A program made the position numbers and the translations under genes. From an uncultured Chloroflexia bacterium (GTDB lineage Bacteria; Chloroflexota; Anaerolineae; Anaerolineales; UBA4823), in the NCBI GenBank assembly GCA_963702535.1, contig CAVPDG010000004.1, positions 94,609 to 158,608 on the forward strand: a stretch of 64,000 bases of DNA, in the 5' to 3' direction. The notes beneath the pieces were generated by a model. It searched no databases. It saw nothing but the letters and a program-made list of their open reading frames with translations, and was not told the DNA's origin. Within the stretch, counting starts at the first letter, position 1. Every line of letters begins with the position of its first letter. Shown piece by piece: positions 60,357 to 64,000 of this stretch.

Positions 60357-60897
60357 CAATGCCAGTGCAACAGTTCGTCTTTCAGTTCTGGCTTGCGGCC
60401 CTGAGCCAGCTCGCTGAGAACGTGAAAGATGACATCTGCGTCTGGCGGGCAACCGGGCACAAAAACATCCACGGGCACTACTTCACTCAGGCGCGCACGC
60501 GGCTCATTACCGCCAGTTCGGGATCGTCGGGGATTACGCCATATTCATCATTAGATTCGGCTTCCACATAGGCGCGGCGCAGGGCTTCATCCAGGCTGAA
60601 AAAATTACGCAGAGCCGGGACGCCGCCAAACACGGCGCAGTCGCCCAGGGCTACAAGGGTTTTGCAGCGGGCGCGCATGCGCAGGGCAACTTCCTCGTTA
60701 GATGAGTTGTTAACGCCGCCTTCGAGAATGCCGACATCGACGCCGCTCTCATCCGGCTCTTTTAAGTCTGTAATGGGCGTGGCGCGCAGGTCAGCCAACT
60801 CAGCCACAGCCAGGATGCGCTCGTCCATATCGAGCAGCGACATGTGACAGCCGGCGCAGCCAGCCATCCAATCGCTGGAGATTTTGGGTTTACTCAT
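60357..60897 (-). pseudogene. hoxY: [NiFe]-hydrogenase small subunit; one frameshift
   Basis: 60487..60897 reads MSKPKISSDWMAGCAGCHMSLLD...LVALGDCAVFGGVPALRN. The C-terminal part ...LSEVVPVDVFVPGCPPDADVIFHVLSELAQGRKPELKDELLHWH is in another frame and ends at 60357. The shift is at about 60487-60495. Confidence 0.85.
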
Positions 60898-60909
60898 GAT
60901 CTACCTTCC

Positions 60910-62731
60910 CTATTCAACAACTGTGGCAGGCGCGAAAGCACGCCAGTCCGAGCGCAGCGGGCTGCCCAGGGTTTCAGCCAGGGTTTCCAGGGTCTCCTGG
61001 CTCCGGTGAGCGCCAGCCGGGAGCTGCAGGGCGGCCTGCGCGGCCTGGGTGCGACCGGCCAGGTTGATAAAGTGCCCGCTCATTTCTGCCCAGTTTTCCA
61101 CCGGCAAAACTACATCTGCGATTGCGTCCAGATCAGAAGCATGGCTGGTCATCATCACCAGGAAGCGGGTCTGGCGGGCAGCGGCCAGCACGGCAGGGGT
61201 GGGGGCTTCATCGCCGAGGGCTAAGAAGAGGGCAGATGCTGCTTTGATCCCATCTGCCAGGCCCAGGTGAGCGGCGTAGCGGCTATTGGCTTCGCCGCCC
61301 AGTGCAACGTGCTCGGCCGGTATGCCGCGTGTTTGCAAAGTGGCGCAGAAGCTGGAAGCCAGATCGCTCAACGCCGGGGCGTGAACCACGCAAACCAGGC
61401 TGGAGCGCGCCAGTATGGCGGCGGCACGCGCCGCGTTGGCATCCTGCGCTGCATCGCCGCGTGCCAGTTGTGCCAACAAGGTCCCTTCATCCCCGGCAAC
61501 GGGCGACAGAACCACATTGGCTCGCTCAGCCAGAGCGTTGTCCTGGTTGTCGATCACAATCAGGTCGAGGTCCACGCCGGATACGCCGTTTGATCCAGAA
61601 ACTGGCTACTTCATGACTGGCGGTCGGATCGATGCCCAGGATCACCACGCAGCTGGCGGTCTGCAAGGCATCGAAGCCGGATGCGCTGGCGGGTTCTGCC
61701 GGCAATCCGGGCTGGGTTTGAGCCAGGTTTGCCCCCAGTTGGGTGAAGATCTCGCTGAAGGCGTACAGGCTCTCGGCGCTCAGGCGGGGAGAGGCGACGG
61801 CGCATACATCCGGCGCCTGGCGCAAGCCATGCGCGGCGGATTGCAGCGCATCTTCCCAGGATGCCGGGGTCAACTGGCCATCTTTGCGCACGAGCGGAGT
61901 GGTGTGGCGTGGGCGTTCATCATGGCGCGGCAGGATGCGCCCGGCTTTGCACAACACACCGCCGTTCACCGGATTCTCCCAGTCGCCTTCAATACGCACG
62001 ATATGATCGGCGCGGGTTTGAATTTGCATGCCGCAGCCAAGCGAACATTCCAGGCAAATGGTTTGGGTGGACGCAGTTTGCTTCGGATGGCCCAGGTAAG
62101 CGTCCTGGCGATCGATCAACGCGCCGGTAGGGCAAACCTGCACGCACATTCCGCACTGCACGCAGGAGCTTTCACCCCAGGGCACGCCTTGATCGGCAAC
62201 CAGCATGGTGCGGGCGCCGCGGTTTTCCATGGCAAGGGTATGGTTGCCCACCAGATCGGCGCAAGCGCGCACGCAGCGGCGGCATACAATGCAGCGGTTG
62301 TGCTCCATGATGAAGTAGGGGTGTGAAGCATCCAGCGGGAACTTTTCCCAGCCGGTCATATATTCCCAATGCGTCATGCCTTCATCGTAAGCGGCCTGTT
62401 GCAGTTCGCAATCGCCGCCGCTGACCTGGCAGAAGGGGCAAAAATGGTTGCGCTCGCTGAAGAGCATCGAAAGAACGAATTTACGCGATGCCTGGATAGC
62501 GGGAGTGTCGGTTTTTACCACCATCTTGTCACTGGCGGGCAGGGTGCAGGAAGCAATCGGGCCGCGCCCACCCTGCACTTCCACCATGCACATGCGGCAA
62601 CCCCCGTAGGCTTCCAGGGCGGGATGATCGCATAATGTGGGAATGTGGATGCCTGCCAGCCGGGCAGCCTGCAGGACAGTGGTGCCTTCGGGCACCTCGA
62701 TAGTCGTATCGTTGATTGTCAAAGTAACCAT
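60910..62731 (-). pseudogene. NuoG/HydA-like Fe-S subunit of about 600 aa (2Fe-2S, several 4Fe-4S, degenerate molybdopterin-like domain); one frameshift
   Basis: CDHPALEAYGGCRMCMVEV (2Fe-2S), HFCPFCQVSGGDCELQ, CIVCRRCVRAC, CVQCGMCVQVCPTGAL and ICLECSLGCGMQI (Mop-type 4Fe-4S). It then continues about 350 aa further across a shift at about 61575-61590 into 60910..61575. Confidence 0.85.
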
Positions 62732-62743
62732 GCGGAATTTCCT

Positions 62744-64000
62744 TTAAACCACCTGCACTGCGTTAAAATTGCAAACCTGAGCGCAGATGCCGCAGCGGAT
62801 ACAAATGCTGGCGTCGATCAGGTGCGTTTGGCGCCGCTCGCCCGAGATGGCGTTGACCGGGCAGTTGCGGGCGCAGACGGTGCAGCCAGTGCAAGGCTCG
62901 GCGATGATCTCGTAGCTGATCAGCGAACGGCAGACTTTAGCCGGGCAGCGGTGCTCGTAAATGTGCGCTTCATATTCCGAGCGGAAATGCTTGAGCGTGC
63001 TCTTTACCGGGTTTGGCGCTCCCTGGCCCAAGCCGCACAGGCTGTTGCGGCTGATCTCGGCGCACAGGTATTCCAGGCGCTCGATATCCCCCGGTTGGCC
63101 CTTACCGTCGCAAATACGCTTGAGGATATCCAGGATGCGGCGGGTTCCCACCCGGCAGGGTGTGCACTTGCCGCAGGATTCATCCTGGGTGAATTCCATG
63201 AAGAAGCGGGCGATATCCACCATGCAGGTTTCGTCATCCATGACGATCATGCCGCCCGAACCCATCATCGAGCCCGCCTGGGTCAAGGATTCGTAATCTA
63301 CCTGGAGATCAAGATAATCAGCGGGCAGGCAGCCGCCCATTGGGCCGCCGGTCTGGATGGCTTTGAGCGGTTTATTGCCGGGGATGCCGCCGCCGACATC
63401 GTAAATGATATCGCGCAGCGTGATACCCATCGGCACTTCGATCAAGCCGGTGTTGTTCACATCGCCAGCGATGGCGAAGGTCTTTGTGCCTTTGCTGCGC
63501 TCCGTGCCCATCCCGGCAAACCATTCCGGTCCTTTCAGGATGATCTGCGGCACGTTCGCATAGGTTTCTACATTGTTGTTGCTGGTCGGTTTGCCCCATA
63601 CGCCTTTCACCGCGGGGAACGGCGGGCGGGGACGCGGCTCGCCGCGCTTGCCTTCGATGGAAGCTATCAGGGCGGTCTCCTCGCCGCAGACGAAGGCGCC
63701 GGCGCCCTGGCGTACTTCCATGTCAAACGAGAAACCGCTATCCATGATGTTTTCGCCGAGCAAGCCGAACGCACGGCACTGCTGGATGGCGATGTTCAGC
63801 CGTTCTACCGCCAGCGGATACTCGGCGCGGCAGTACACGTAGCCCTGGCTGGCGCCGATGGCGTACGCCGCAATGATCATCCCCTCCACCACCGAGTGTG
63901 GATCGCTTTCCAGCACGCGCCGGTTCATGAATGCGCCGGGGTCGCCTTCATCGGCGTTACACACCAGGTATTTGGGATTGTCCTGTACCTTGCGGCACAG
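62744..64000 (-). CDS. hoxF: NuoF/HoxF/HydB-like flavoprotein subunit with a C-terminal 2x[4Fe-4S] ferredoxin domain; 5' end beyond the window
   Basis: The frame is open to the window edge. [25 protein letters not shown] (FMN/NADH site), [10 protein letters not shown] (N3 cluster). C-terminal [12 protein letters not shown] and [12 protein letters not shown]. Confidence 0.9.
   Translation of the reverse strand: MCRKVQDNPKYLVCNADEGDPGAFMNRRVLESDPHSVVEGMIIAAYAIGASQGYVYCRAEYPLAVERLNIAIQQCRAFGLLGENIMDSGFSFDMEVRQGAGAFVCGEETALIASIEGKRGEPRPRPPFPAVKGVWGKPTSNNNVETYANVPQIILKGPEWFAGMGTERSKGTKTFAIAGDVNNTGLIEVPMGITLRDIIYDVGGGIPGNKPLKAIQTGGPMGGCLPADYLDLQVDYESLTQAGSMMGSGGMIVMDDETCMVDIARFFMEFTQDESCGKCTPCRVGTRRILDILKRICDGKGQPGDIERLEYLCAEISRNSLCGLGQGAPNPVKSTLKHFRSEYEAHIYEHRCPAKVCRSLISYEIIAEPCTGCTVCARNCPVNAISGERRQTHLIDASICIRCGICAQVCNFNAVQVV

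Overview
This is a 64-kb GC-rich bacterial chromosomal segment, about 60% G+C by eye and not computed. The gene content hints at a Chloroflexota-like organism, but the taxon cannot be verified from the sequence alone. I recognise about 50 protein-coding genes. I found no rRNA, tRNA, CRISPR array, transposase or integrase.

Gene content, left to right:
- DEAD-box helicase.
- Amino-acid ABC permease plus a tandem double binding-domain lipoprotein.
- Sulfatase-fold membrane protein and a Ser/Thr kinase.
- ChrA, a two-domain aldehyde dehydrogenase with DeoC, and ClpS.
- A FUSC-type membrane protein and an arylsulfatase, both badly broken.
- A Pat-like acyl-CoA synthetase/GNAT fusion and a roughly 1000-aa beta-helix/PKD surface protein.
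- A YcaQ/AlkZ-type glycosylase, a BBE-type flavoenzyme and an MFS transporter.
- A lower-GC block from 34.1 to 41.9 kb (fasciclin protein, Gfo/Idh/MocA oxidoreductases, SDR, FMN reductase).
- A co-directional cluster from 41.9 to 49.3 kb (B12-radical SAM, two lipoyl-less E2-type acyltransferases, GSAM-like aminotransferase, M28 peptidase, beta-lactamase-fold hydrolase).
- A MalT/LuxR regulator and a lower-GC sugar ABC transporter.
- A [NiFe]-hydrogenase operon running off the right edge.

Most notable observations:
1. The 34.1-41.9 kb block is bracketed by roughly 223-bp direct repeats that duplicate the 3' end of the radical-SAM gene. This looks like an island-type insertion, but no recombinase is present.
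2. The radical-SAM/E2-like/aminotransferase/peptidase cluster matches no pathway I know. One of its gene junctions is filled by four 15-bp tandem repeats that each carry a Shine-Dalgarno-like motif.
3. The hydrogenase subunit architecture matches electron-bifurcating HydABCSL-type enzymes rather than a plain Hox enzyme.
4. About one third of the genes carry frameshifts or in-frame stops, and these are distributed very unevenly. Sequencing error and genuine gene decay cannot be separated without reads.
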